From an uncultured virus (IMG/VR IMGVR_UViG_3300048127_000199) (lineage: Duplodnaviria > Heunggongvirae > Uroviricota > Caudoviricetes), in IMG/VR virus record IMGVR_UViG_3300048127_000199: a stretch of 64,000 nt of DNA, one strand, 5' to 3'. Below, in pieces: positions 29,385-39,287 of this stretch (position 1 is its first letter; each line of letters begins with the position of its first letter). Position numbers and translations under genes: made by a program. Under the pieces are notes generated by a model that was not told the DNA's origin, searched no databases, and saw only the letters and a program-made list of their open reading frames with translations.

Positions 29385-29782
29385 GGGCGTGTACTGGATT
29401 CGATTTAAATTGGATTAGTATACTGCAAGTAGGAGTTGCATCTGGCTCCTAAAAAAGGTGCAAACAATTACATGGCAACAAAAACCGTGTTAAAGCTTTT
29501 GGCTTAAAAGCTAAAAAGCTTGCCTTAGCAGCTTAGTTCTGCTACCTCGTAACTTTTGACGCAGATAAAGAGATTACGAGGTCATCAATCTGCAAAACAG
29601 ATAAAAGTTTATCCGTTTCATAAACTGTACCATTGAGTATTCGAAGGCCTCAAGTTTGAGTGAATAATTGAAATGGTTAGTTGGATGTTAATATCATAAC
29701 TGTAAAAAAAATTAACTAAACTTGTAGATGTATATCTACAGAAAATTTAAAGACGCGGGTTCGACTCCCGCCACGTCCACCA
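29385..29782 (+). ncRNA. ssrA: tmRNA
   Basis: Acceptor stem GGGCGTG/CACGTCC with G3:U70, ACCA 3' end, GGATTCGA D-loop region, GCGGG-TTCGACT-CCCGC T arm, helix TTTAAATT/AATTTAAA; tag ORF 29474-29536 GNKNRVKAFGLKAKKLALAA*. Confidence 0.95.
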
Positions 29783-29784
29783 AT

Positions 29785-30114
29785 TTAAATTATTTTTTTA
29801 TTTATTAAACATGCGAGACTAGGAATTGAAAACATACAAAGCAAAGCATAAATAATATTTAAATTAAAAAACCAAACACACCACAACCCTAAAAACAAAG
29901 ACAGCCAAGTGCTATAACATAAAGGGCAGCTTAATAATTCTCCAAGTTTTCCCCAATTATCTACAATATAATCATGCAAATCATCTAATGTATATATTTT
30001 TTCTTTTATAAATAACGACAGAGCATATACCTTTAAATTAGTATATTCCAATATAGCAATAACATTAGATACAACTAAAACAGAAGCGATATAAATTAAT
30101 AAATAATTTATCAT
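29785..30114 (-). CDS. DUF1360-like membrane protein
   Basis: Hydrophobic helices and LLSCPLCYSTW motif. Confidence 0.65.
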   Translation of the reverse strand: MINYLLIYIASVLVVSNVIAILEYTNLKVYALSLFIKEKIYTLDDLHDYIVDNWGKLGELLSCPLCYSTWLSLFLGLWCVWFFNLNIIYALLCMFSIPSLACLINKKII

Positions 30115-30344
30115 TTTTTAATTTTTGGTTTAATAAAAGATGTGTATTTTCTCCTCACGCTAGCTTTCCTGCACGATGAGCATCCGCCAGGAGTATTAAC
30201 TTCAGAAAGATAATCTCTTTTCATTTGTTCGCAACCTTCAAAATCAATTTCCTTGCAAGTTTGCTCTGGAGTTTTATTTACATCCATAAATATCGTTATT
30301 AAATTCATTTCTTCTGGCGTACTATTATTCATTTTTCTTGACAA
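30111..30344 (-). CDS. Small Cys-containing hypothetical protein
   Basis: GGCSSC motif; overlaps the next gene (ATGA). Confidence 0.6.
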   Translation of the reverse strand: MSRKMNNSTPEEMNLITIFMDVNKTPEQTCKEIDFEGCEQMKRDYLSEVNTPGGCSSCRKASVRRKYTSFIKPKIKK

Positions 30345-30366
30345 ATTTGTTTATATATATTATAGT
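30338..30366 (+). promoter_or_regulatory. sigma70-type promoter (leaderless)
   Basis: TTGACA-17-TATAGT, 6 nt to ATG 30373. Confidence 0.75.
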
Positions 30367-30372
30367 TATAAT

Positions 30373-30912
30373 ATGAAAAATATTCTAGAAAAAACTAAAA
30401 CTTATCTAGTCGGCCATATGCAATATATTAGCGGAAGAAATTGGAGAACTGAAGTTACTCAAAAGCTCTCTGAAATCAATGTAACTTGTTTTGACCCTTA
30501 CGAAAAGCCATTTATGAAAGACGTAGAAGAAGATGAAGCGTCTAGGCTTGAGATGGAAAATTGGATGAAAACTAAGCAATACGATAGGGCAGCCCAAAGA
30601 ATGAAAACCGTAAGAGCATATGATTTAAACTTAGTAGATAGAAGTGACTTTATTATTGCTCATCTTGTCCCCTCTGTAGCTTCTTGGGGTAGCGCTGAAG
30701 AAATTGTAACTGCTGTTAGGATGAAGAAGCCAATCTTTATAAGCATGGAAGGGGGCAAGTCAAAAACTCCACTTTGGATGCTTGGTATGTTACCTCACAA
30801 GTACATTTATGATTCGGTAGAAGAAATTGTGGATATGCTATTTGCAATCAATGACGGATCAAAGCCAATTGATTCTGATCGTTGGAGATTATTAAGGCAT
30901 GAATATAGATAA
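30373..30912 (+). CDS. Nucleoside 2-deoxyribosyltransferase-like/dNMP N-glycosidase
   Basis: YLVG.M, WR, FDP, DL..VDRSD..IA, GSAEEI..A....KP. Confidence 0.75.
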   Translation: MKNILEKTKTYLVGHMQYISGRNWRTEVTQKLSEINVTCFDPYEKPFMKDVEEDEASRLEMENWMKTKQYDRAAQRMKTVRAYDLNLVDRSDFIIAHLVPSVASWGSAEEIVTAVRMKKPIFISMEGGKSKTPLWMLGMLPHKYIYDSVEEIVDMLFAINDGSKPIDSDRWRLLRHEYR

Positions 30913-30925
30913 ATGAAAATATTTC

Positions 30926-30954
30926 TTGACTTTTTAAAACTTTTTTAATATAAT
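30926..30954 (+). promoter_or_regulatory. sigma70-type promoter (leaderless)
   Basis: TTGACT-17-TATAAT, 7 nt to ATG 30962. Confidence 0.8.
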
Positions 30955-30961
30955 TATATAT

Positions 30962-31060
30962 ATGGACAATTCAGAATTACAAGGTTATTTTATTTTAGCG
31001 GGAGCAGCAATTTATTGCATTTGCTTATGTATTAAATATTCAGAAGGAGGAAAGCTTTAA
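30962..31060 (+). CDS. 32-aa single-TM protein (not in ORF track)
   Basis: MDNSELQGYFILAGAAIYCICLCIKYSEGGKL*; follows a strong promoter, stop overlaps the next ATG. Confidence 0.6.
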   Translation: MDNSELQGYFILAGAAIYCICLCIKYSEGGKL

Positions 31061-31281
31061 TGAAAGAAGTTTATCTTAGAGGAATTTATTCTGAATACAT
31101 TGGGTTAAGAGACCAGAAAATTGCAGATCTAAATGTTATGCTTAACTCTCCTGTAGGTGTAGGTGAGCACGGAGATTTAAGTGGTACGATTAAAAAAATT
31201 ATCCAAGAAATTGATAGCTACGATTCTCTTATATCTACATTGAATAATTTAATTCCTAAAGAAGAAGAAAAAAGTGAATAA
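31060..31281 (+). CDS. Small phage hypothetical protein
   Basis: N.PVGVGEH motif seen in small phage proteins. Confidence 0.7.
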   Translation: MKEVYLRGIYSEYIGLRDQKIADLNVMLNSPVGVGEHGDLSGTIKKIIQEIDSYDSLISTLNNLIPKEEEKSE

Positions 31282-31438
31282 ACAAAAAGCGTTATTAATT
31301 AAAAAATTAATTTCCTATGATGGTTCATCAGCTGAACACAAAAGAGTGTTTAAAAAGTTAAAGAAAAAATATAATAGTTTACCTAAATCAGAAAAGATTA
31401 AATTATTGCAAGATATAGAATCTACATTCAAAGATTAA
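31274..31438 (+). CDS. 54-aa basic hypothetical protein (not in ORF track)
   Basis: GTG start overlapping the previous gene; MNKQKALLIKKLISY...IESTFKD*. Confidence 0.5.
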   Translation: MNKQKALLIKKLISYDGSSAEHKRVFKKLKKKYNSLPKSEKIKLLQDIESTFKD

Positions 31439-34400
31439 GATGTGCCATCGGGCTCAATCCTATACCATATACCATTAACTTCTATATGAAGATTACCATC
31501 TTCAACTTTTAATCTTGAGTCTCCAGATATAACTAAATTTTCAGTAAAGTTTGTATCTTGTATTTTATCGTCAAAAATATTTGTGTTATTTAAAGCTTCA
31601 TCTATTTTTCCAGATATTCCTTCTCCTTCAGAGAAGTAAGTTGACATTGGCGAACCGTTAATTGTAGGCTCTTGAGAAAAAGCCACAATCTCTCCAGCTT
31701 CGAAACCGTTAGTTTTTATAGTTTGTCCAGAAATTACTCCTCCAACGCCATCGTAGTTTCCGTTGTCGCCAGGCACACACCTAATATTCATCCCTTTAAT
31801 GTTGACATGAAAATCAAGCATATCATTATTTAATTCACCTTTTGTTAGGGCAAATTGATTACTACTGTCTCCTTCGCCTAATAAGTCTTGATAAGTTTTG
31901 CTTGTTACATTTTCTAAATTATATTGACCTATGCCGACAGGAGTGCCTTGATATGAATTTACATGATTCCCTAATGGATACTTTACGAAAGAGTCTGGAT
32001 TATTTTGTGCGCCGTCTGCAGACGACCAAGTTTCTGTTCCTCCTATGATTAAACCTTCTCTAAATTGTTTCATTCCCATCAACCTTTCGTCACCAAAAGT
32101 ATTAATAAAAGCATGACCTAATTCCTCTACAGTTGCGTCTTCTTCATCTTCTGATGCTAAATCAGCTAAATCTTCCTCAGGTATAACCATGAAACCAGTA
32201 ACGCCAAAATCAATTTCTTGCGGAGCGATCTCTGTTAATTTAGTTAAATGATCTAACGAGGAATTGTTCCAATCAAAATAGTCCCAAATTTTAAGTTTCA
32301 CAAAAAAATCATTGTCGTAGTTAATCCCATCTTCTAATTCATCATCATAAGGAATGATTGTTTTGTTTACTCCAGCTAAAGCGGTAAATAAATTATCTTC
32401 TGCAGGTTCATAATCTGGATTATCTTTGCCTATAAATACTTGCATATATCCTATTGCCGAGCTTTCTAAATACCTATTTGGATTCATTAAGCTAGGCTTA
32501 TGAAAACTACCTGAAGCAAATAAAGACATAGACTCAAATGCTGATAGTGTATTTGCCCCAGCACCCTCTGGAAGATTTTTTCTCAAAATTTGTTTATTTG
32601 CATCATTAAAGACTATATCTTCAGTAGTCCAATCTCCTAATTCAGACACCATTTCTGTATCAGAGATTTCTTCTTGGTGAGCGTAATTTACAATAGTGAA
32701 ATTCTCCCAGTGAGTATCGACTTGGTCTCCATATTTTGGGTCTATATACTGATATTCCTCCCACGCTTCAGCAGCGAGCTTAATATTATCATAAGATATA
32801 TCTATATATATTGTTTGAGCATTTCCTCCAAACCATCTGCTTATTTTTCTACTCTTTTGGTTGACAACATTAGAATTAATAGTATTATTTTTTATTTCAG
32901 TCCACAATGCCAAAGCTTCGTCTACAGAATATATCCTTGAGGGAACGTTTGAGTTCTTAGAGGCCTCAGTTTCAAAATCAAATACTGCGCCATCAGGTAT
33001 TTTTCCGTGTGGACTGGTTTCTGATTGAGACTCATTTCCGTCATCATCTGTTACAATGATTGATATTGTTTTATCTTTATTTAAATCATAAAATACATCG
33101 CTGTTTGGTATAAATCTTGGAACGATTGAAGTAATAACAGGAGTATATATAACTGGTGGGTCATACATAATAAAAGTTTCTCTGCTGCTATATCTCCTAC
33201 TATTACCTGCTCTTGCTACAGCTTGAACTACTACAGCTATACCTCTCTCATCCTGTAGATTACTGTATATAAAGCTTTCTACACCATCATCGTCGGCTTG
33301 CTTATCAAATCTTCTTTCATAATTAAAGCTAAAGCTTAGCCTATTGAGTAGATTATCATCACCATAAATCCATCTCACATTAGTTGTTTGGGGGGTTCCC
33401 GCGCTTCTTGCGCTTGTCAAACCGCTTCTATCTACTGGGCATAGTCCTACCCTAAACCCTTCGAAAAATGGACTACTACCAAGTAGCGTTGAGATACTAT
33501 CATATTGCGTCCTTCCTCCGTCAATATCTTGATACTCCCAACTTATATCAAAACTTAATCCAGGAGCGGTAATAGTATTATAATTACTTTTAGTTTGCCC
33601 ATCGTCAGATAATACACCAACATTCAAAACGCCAGGGGGACTATTACTATAACTCGCATCAGCTATAACTCTTGATAATATGCCTGCGGCAGAAGTTTTT
33701 GATTGGGATGTAGAAGACTGAATGCCAGTTGTCGTAACGTACACGCTCCATACTCCAGAGGCTGCGCTAGATGTTTTTGCAATACCAGTATTTATTGTAA
33801 ATTCTTTTGTTCCGCCACCGTTTCTGCTTGAATTATTGTGAGTAGTCTGTGTGCCATTTGGGCTTGACAAGATAATATTATTAGTTATGCTATTAAACTT
33901 GGATTCATCTATAGTGGTGGAAAATTTAACTTTAAAAGTGAGGGTTGACGAGCTGGTTTCTTTAAACTTCTCAACGACTGGAGGGGTTGCGTTTGCAATT
34001 TCGGCTGAATCACCTAATGTTATTTCATAATTTGAAGATATTACTGGGAAAGTTTGATCCATAGATGATAGCTTCTCTTCGTCAAACAATACAGCGATGA
34101 CTTTATACTTACCTTCACCCTCTTCCTCTATTGCTTGAATCCTATATTTTCTTTCTTGCCAATCATTACTGTATTCACCTCCATCAGTTGGATTAACTAA
34201 AGCCCAATCCGTACCTTTGGATACTACATTATATCCATTGTCATAACTATCTAATAAAGAATTAGTAAATTTTAAAAAATTACCCTGAAGATCCTTGACT
34301 TTAATTTTATTTGTAGTTGTACTTGATCCGTCTGCTGGAAAAATTGACCCTTGCAATCTTTGAGCTTTATTTAAATTAGCGATATCGTCCCCAGTAACAG

Positions 34401-37233
34401 ATCCTTTATTATCTAAAAAATCCATATTATAACTTGGGTCAATATTCCCTAGTATTATGTCATAATATTTATTTTGCCTGGTAGTTTGATTGCGGGTCTG
34501 CACAGAAATAGGATGTGTCAACACTAAAGTCTCAGTCCCCTCTACATCTACTATTTTCCCTATGGATTGATTTGTGTTTTTGAGAGTATCAGTTACTCCT
34601 ATAATATTTCCTGGTTTTAAAAACAAAGCTCTATAATCTGTAGAAAAAGTAATTGTTTCTGTGTTTACAGAAGAAGTGAGGAAAAACCACCGCCCCATTC
34701 TACGCGCTTGCCCTCTTGACGTGCATCCTAATGGTTCAATATTTTTTCGTATGACCCCTAATTCTTTTACGCCTTGCTTGTCCTCTACATACTCATATTT
34801 TTTTCTATAACTATCAGTTTTATCCATGTAACCAACTCTAGCAACTGTATATCTTGAGGCTTTTGAACTAGTAAAATATGAAAAAGTGCCTCCTTCAACA
34901 TTGGTGTTGCTAAAGTTAATGGCGGGTTCGTCAATTTCGATTCCAGGTATTTTATTCCAATATTTTTTCCAATCCTGATCTACTCCAGGCCTAATGCCTC
35001 TACCTCCGTTTGCAATTTTTTCGTATATATTAAAAGTTGAGCGAGGAAACTCTACTTTTGTTCCTATAACGTAATTTGCAGAATTCGAAAAATCATCGTA
35101 AGTTATAGTATTGCCTCCTCCGTCCATAGATATAGAAACTCCTCTGCCATCCCAATAAGCTATTCCGTGAAATGTTTCTGCTATAGTTTTTAAAAGTTCA
35201 TAAGCTTCTTCTTCTTCTGAAATTAGTACGTTCATTGAGTATCTAGGCTCTTTACCATTGTATGTATCATCAACCCCTACAAAGTTTCCATCATCATCCA
35301 CAGCATCACAATACCTACCTATTCTATATAGAGTCCATTTATCAATTTTATTAATATCTAAATAGGCGCCTATACCATACCTATTATTAGTCATTAAATC
35401 ATATAAAACCCATGCTGGATTATCAGACCAAGCATATTTAAAAGTTCCATCCCAAGCTCCATTGTATACATTAGCTCCAACTGTTGATCTATTATCTGGA
35501 TTATAATTAGATGGTATCAAAATTTTCTTAAGTCTTAAATGATAGGTTCTCTCTGGTTTTTCTGAAAAATATCTAGAATTAAAAGATTGTTGTATAATTG
35601 CGCTATAAGGGTAAGCTATTTTTTCGTCTATAATCTCCGTAACGCTATCTAAGCTGATTTTTGCGCTCATAATTGGAGATATCAACTCTCTTCCTGTTCT
35701 CGTTACTTTAATGTATCTTGTTTTAGAAATTTTATCTTCATTAACTGTTACGGTAGAGGGAGGTAATCTAAAACAATTAAAAGCGTTATTCGCATCGGTC
35801 ATTGGCATAAAAAAAGTTTTCATACCTCTTTCATAATAATCCCTTAAAGTCGTGTTTTCTCCAAACTGTTGAAATCTATTCAAGCCTAAAGCGGCTTCGC
35901 CTTGGGATGGTGCAAAATTATGGGGCAGAGATTGATCTGGCTTAAGTGCTTCCATATCAGATGCGTCAAAAACTGCTGCAGGATTAGTTCCCTCATCAAT
36001 AGAATTCATGCCTTCATCAAAATCATTATCTTCCCCGAATATCACTTCTCCATCAGCGCCAAAGCTAGCCCTACCTACATCAACTAAATAACTACTTCCA
36101 GCGACCAGACCTTGTACAAAATAATTTCTTGAGATTGATCTTCTAGGATTTGATGAGCTTTGATTAAATCCGTGATGGCTTAGCCATTCCTTAAATTCAG
36201 GTGACTGAGCTTCTTCATCGGTCAGGCCATTTACTCCAATCTCTACCTGAAAGCCAACTTTATGCTCTCGGCTTGTTGTCATAATCCCAACTTTGCCAGC
36301 GCCTGCTCCATGATCTACAGTGTCTTTTAAATCATCTATAGATATAGTAATATACGCAAAGTCAACTTCGTTATTTTTAATTGTATGCGAAACAGGAAAT
36401 CCTCCTTCTGTAAATTCTGAGTGGCCAGCGCTCCACGCAGTAAAGTCTCGTGTTGATGTATGAGTCCTAATATCTGATCCGTGCTCTACTTGGCTCGCGG
36501 CATATCCGTATTTTATTGCGTTGTCTAAACCGCCTGTTCCCCCTAAAAAATATCCTATATGGGCTCCATTTTTTTGATACCAATGAGATGTATTAAAATC
36601 TGACTTTACTTTTGACTCTCCACTTTGCTGCATTAAAGAAACCATGCCTGCAAAATTTGGCGTCCCTCCACCATAAAGTCGAGGAGCTCCATCTTCTGTA
36701 GAAGCCATATTTGGTCCAACAAGTTTTTGTTTAATTGATTGGGTATTATAAATTTTACTTCGAGACCAATTGTGAGTTTGGGAATACGGGTTTATACCTT
36801 TATGGTCTCCCTTTACATAGTTCAAAGCTAACCTTCTGTAATTATAAGTATCGTTGGCATTTTGAACTACAGTTCCATTAAAGTACACTCCTTTAGCTAT
36901 ATTACTATTGTTTGTAATTAAATTACCATTAGAGTCGCAAAAGCCTTCAATTGGGCCTTCGCATATTAAGTCAAGTGTTTCAGATTGAGAAAAGCTTTGT
37001 AAAGAATTTTCGTCTGGAGCAGGAGGCTTCAACAAAGGAGTGGGAGGCGATCCTTTTCCTTTTCCTCCCCCTTCTCCAGAAACTAATGGCAGGACTGCGT
37101 AGCTTTTTTTTTGCTCAATAATTTTACAAGGATATATATTATACTTTACAAAAAATTTTAATTCATCTAAATTTTTATACTTCCTCTTCCCAAGCGTTTT
37201 ACTGAGAATGCCATAAAATTTTACATTTATCAT
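31435..37233 (-). CDS. Tail tip/host-specificity protein J (lambda gpJ-like)
   Basis: DLICEGPIEG, YPYSA, WDGTFKYAWSDNPAWVLYDL..NRYG, YCD..VDD, EPRY, GCTSRGQARRMGRW. Confidence 0.92.
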   Translation of the reverse strand: MINVKFYGILSKTLGKRKYKNLDELKFFVKYNIYPCKIIEQKKSYAVLPLVSGEGGGKGKGSPPTPLLKPPAPDENSLQSFSQSETLDLICEGPIEGFCDSNGNLITNNSNIAKGVYFNGTVVQNANDTYNYRRLALNYVKGDHKGINPYSQTHNWSRSKIYNTQSIKQKLVGPNMASTEDGAPRLYGGGTPNFAGMVSLMQQSGESKVKSDFNTSHWYQKNGAHIGYFLGGTGGLDNAIKYGYAASQVEHGSDIRTHTSTRDFTAWSAGHSEFTEGGFPVSHTIKNNEVDFAYITISIDDLKDTVDHGAGAGKVGIMTTSREHKVGFQVEIGVNGLTDEEAQSPEFKEWLSHHGFNQSSSNPRRSISRNYFVQGLVAGSSYLVDVGRASFGADGEVIFGEDNDFDEGMNSIDEGTNPAAVFDASDMEALKPDQSLPHNFAPSQGEAALGLNRFQQFGENTTLRDYYERGMKTFFMPMTDANNAFNCFRLPPSTVTVNEDKISKTRYIKVTRTGRELISPIMSAKISLDSVTEIIDEKIAYPYSAIIQQSFNSRYFSEKPERTYHLRLKKILIPSNYNPDNRSTVGANVYNGAWDGTFKYAWSDNPAWVLYDLMTNNRYGIGAYLDINKIDKWTLYRIGRYCDAVDDDGNFVGVDDTYNGKEPRYSMNVLISEEEEAYELLKTIAETFHGIAYWDGRGVSISMDGGGNTITYDDFSNSANYVIGTKVEFPRSTFNIYEKIANGGRGIRPGVDQDWKKYWNKIPGIEIDEPAINFSNTNVEGGTFSYFTSSKASRYTVARVGYMDKTDSYRKKYEYVEDKQGVKELGVIRKNIEPLGCTSRGQARRMGRWFFLTSSVNTETITFSTDYRALFLKPGNIIGVTDTLKNTNQSIGKIVDVEGTETLVLTHPISVQTRNQTTRQNKYYDIILGNIDPSYNMDFLDNKGSVTGDDIANLNKAQRLQGSIFPADGSSTTTNKIKVKDLQGNFLKFTNSLLDSYDNGYNVVSKGTDWALVNPTDGGEYSNDWQERKYRIQAIEEEGEGKYKVIAVLFDEEKLSSMDQTFPVISSNYEITLGDSAEIANATPPVVEKFKETSSSTLTFKVKFSTTIDESKFNSITNNIILSSPNGTQTTHNNSSRNGGGTKEFTINTGIAKTSSAASGVWSVYVTTTGIQSSTSQSKTSAAGILSRVIADASYSNSPPGVLNVGVLSDDGQTKSNYNTITAPGLSFDISWEYQDIDGGRTQYDSISTLLGSSPFFEGFRVGLCPVDRSGLTSARSAGTPQTTNVRWIYGDDNLLNRLSFSFNYERRFDKQADDDGVESFIYSNLQDERGIAVVVQAVARAGNSRRYSSRETFIMYDPPVIYTPVITSIVPRFIPNSDVFYDLNKDKTISIIVTDDDGNESQSETSPHGKIPDGAVFDFETEASKNSNVPSRIYSVDEALALWTEIKNNTINSNVVNQKSRKISRWFGGNAQTIYIDISYDNIKLAAEAWEEYQYIDPKYGDQVDTHWENFTIVNYAHQEEISDTEMVSELGDWTTEDIVFNDANKQILRKNLPEGAGANTLSAFESMSLFASGSFHKPSLMNPNRYLESSAIGYMQVFIGKDNPDYEPAEDNLFTALAGVNKTIIPYDDELEDGINYDNDFFVKLKIWDYFDWNNSSLDHLTKLTEIAPQEIDFGVTGFMVIPEEDLADLASEDEEDATVEELGHAFINTFGDERLMGMKQFREGLIIGGTETWSSADGAQNNPDSFVKYPLGNHVNSYQGTPVGIGQYNLENVTSKTYQDLLGEGDSSNQFALTKGELNNDMLDFHVNIKGMNIRCVPGDNGNYDGVGGVISGQTIKTNGFEAGEIVAFSQEPTINGSPMSTYFSEGEGISGKIDEALNNTNIFDDKIQDTNFTENLVISGDSRLKVEDGNLHIEVNGIWYRIEPDGTS

Positions 37234-37727
37234 CTAAACAAATTCCTATTCCATGTCTGATTGCCTATAACATTACTACCTACCCTCAATCTACCGTAAC
37301 CTAACGGCACAGGCTTTCCTTGGCTTTCTACATTAGTTTCTCCCCTAAAAGAGTAGGAGGATGTCTTTGCTGATTGAGTTGACGCGTTATCCATAGTTGG
37401 GGCTTGGACAGAATTAGCTGCCATGATGACGCTAATCCCGATAGACACAATTAAGCCGACAATAAACCAAAATAAACCTCCTTTTACTGCGGGTAAAATA
37501 TCTATCCTTTTCATATCTTTTTTATTAGCGTCTTCTAGAGATAAAACTTTCCCGTCAACCAGTATAGAGAATTCCATTTGATCATGGTTTCGCGCTAAAA
37601 AAGTCATAAAATTACTCTCTACAGCGTCAATCGCTTTTAATACGTCAGCTATAGAGTCTAACTCAAAATTATATTTTGAACGGAACTTTTCCTCAAAAAT
37701 GCCATGTAAATATACCTCAACCATCAA
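37230..37727 (-). CDS. Tail assembly protein I (ubiquitin-like)
   Basis: V.LHG, IDILPAVKGG, hydrophobic segment, SYSF.G..N...QG.PVPLGYGRLRVGS. Confidence 0.88.
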   Translation of the reverse strand: MMVEVYLHGIFEEKFRSKYNFELDSIADVLKAIDAVESNFMTFLARNHDQMEFSILVDGKVLSLEDANKKDMKRIDILPAVKGGLFWFIVGLIVSIGISVIMAANSVQAPTMDNASTQSAKTSSYSFRGETNVESQGKPVPLGYGRLRVGSNVIGNQTWNRNLFR

Positions 37728-38088
37728 TAATCTCCTTTATTTTTTTTATTTTATATTCTTTGCAAAGATCTGGATAAAAAGCTTCAAATTTATCTTTTTC
37801 GTTTATATATAAAATATTTGGCAAGCAATTAATTCTAGACATTATTTTATCTGTTTCTGAAAAAGATTCTGAATTTGGATGACTGTGATATATAGCCAGT
37901 ATATCGTACTCTAGTTTTGTCTGAAGATATGCTTCGGGATGAATTTCAAATTTCTTATGAGGAGTTGTGGAAATGTTTTTGCATTCTTTAATAAAAACTT
38001 CTTCATTGAGTTGGACAACAAAGCCGCAAACTTCTTCTTTTAGTTTACTTAAGGCATGTATTTTAATTTTATTAAGAATCTGTGTCAT
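37717..38088 (-). CDS. Tail assembly protein K-like JAB/Mov34 metalloprotease (no NlpC domain)
   Basis: EEVCG, N.S..P...F.I.P, YHSHP....S..D; ATG 38088 is more likely than 38115. Confidence 0.85.
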   Translation of the reverse strand: MTQILNKIKIHALSKLKEEVCGFVVQLNEEVFIKECKNISTTPHKKFEIHPEAYLQTKLEYDILAIYHSHPNSESFSETDKIMSRINCLPNILYINEKDKFEAFYPDLCKEYKIKKIKEIIDG

Positions 38089-39274
38089 AACCTTCTGTGG
38101 CGGGGAAGCCTCCAAATCTTAATGTGTTGTTTTTTGTATAGCCAGACCTAAATCTTAATCTACAGGCATCTATACTTTTCGAACATTGGTCAGCAACCCA
38201 CTGTCCGTTCTTCTTTTCGGGAGCATTATTTAAAGTAGACATATGATCTACGACGCATACCCATACAGTTTTATCGTTTTTTTGAGTTATTTGGCCTCCA
38301 GCAGTTAACTGAACTTGTTTAGTTCCTGCTACGAAACCTTCTCCAGCAGAAGCAGGAGGAGTTTTAACCACGTCCCCTGCTTGGTAATTAATATCTAAAC
38401 TCCAATCTCCTATACTGTTCACGTAGTCGAACTCTCCAATTATAGAAGATCCCCCTCTTTTTTTTGGTCTTGTAGAATTTAATCGAGCTAAAGCTGCAGA
38501 GTTCTCATAAGAGTCTTGAGGTCCTAGCATAAAGTTAGTTTCGTCTAATTCTGTAGATACGGCTGGTCCAGTAAAATAACAACCCTCGCCCCTGTAACAC
38601 CAGGAGCAATATCCCCCTAAAATACTTCTATTTGGTATGGTTACATTTTCAACGTCTAATGATGATGTTAGCTCGTACTCAACCGACTCTTTTGTTTCAT
38701 TGGCTTTTTTTGATATAAAAAACAAGCTTGAAGAAAATTCATAAGCTGAGTCTGCTGAACCTCCAGATCCCGCTGATCTTACGCCCCAAGGATTTGTGTT
38801 ATTATTTTGAGGAAAATTATCTCCATCCAAAAATTTAGCAAACACTTGCCTCCTCATGACTCTTGCATTAGTCATGTCATTAAAATATTTATTGTAAGTG
38901 GAGAGAGTCTCTAATACCGTCCCTTTATGACCGACTCCTGCGATTAGTTCATATATTTTTTTATTTGATATTGAAAGCAAAGGTCTAGGCAAGCCCTGAG
39001 AAGATGATGCGAAATTTGAAGCTTGAATACCTATTGGAAAATAAGAAAACCCAGCCCATTTTAATCCATTTTCTTGTATGTATTGAGCTGATTGAGCGTC
39101 TATATCAGACAAGTTATCAGCAGAACACATGCGCAGCGCATAATTTCTATTATCATAAACATCTACGTCTTGATATCCTTCTAAATAATATATCTCGTAC
39201 AAAGAAATTAAAGCTGTGGGAGCTAGTCCAAAAGCTTGCTCCATGTTTAATCCTTGTTTTTGATAATCTTCCAT
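38072..39274 (-). CDS. Minor tail protein L
   Basis: PRP.L.ISN, RRQVFAKFLD..NF, CSWCYRGEGC, DQCSK....C.LRF, FGGFP; GTGTAA-N8 upstream. Confidence 0.9.
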   Translation of the reverse strand: MEDYQKQGLNMEQAFGLAPTALISLYEIYYLEGYQDVDVYDNRNYALRMCSADNLSDIDAQSAQYIQENGLKWAGFSYFPIGIQASNFASSSQGLPRPLLSISNKKIYELIAGVGHKGTVLETLSTYNKYFNDMTNARVMRRQVFAKFLDGDNFPQNNNTNPWGVRSAGSGGSADSAYEFSSSLFFISKKANETKESVEYELTSSLDVENVTIPNRSILGGYCSWCYRGEGCYFTGPAVSTELDETNFMLGPQDSYENSAALARLNSTRPKKRGGSSIIGEFDYVNSIGDWSLDINYQAGDVVKTPPASAGEGFVAGTKQVQLTAGGQITQKNDKTVWVCVVDHMSTLNNAPEKKNGQWVADQCSKSIDACRLRFRSGYTKNNTLRFGGFPATEGYDTDS

Positions 39275-39287
39275 ATAATTATTTACA

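Noticed and set aside
29750..29782. Stand-alone tRNA or prophage attachment site
   Set aside because: The T-arm and CCA belong to the tmRNA; no integrase or duplicated 3' end seen, and phage genes lie on both sides
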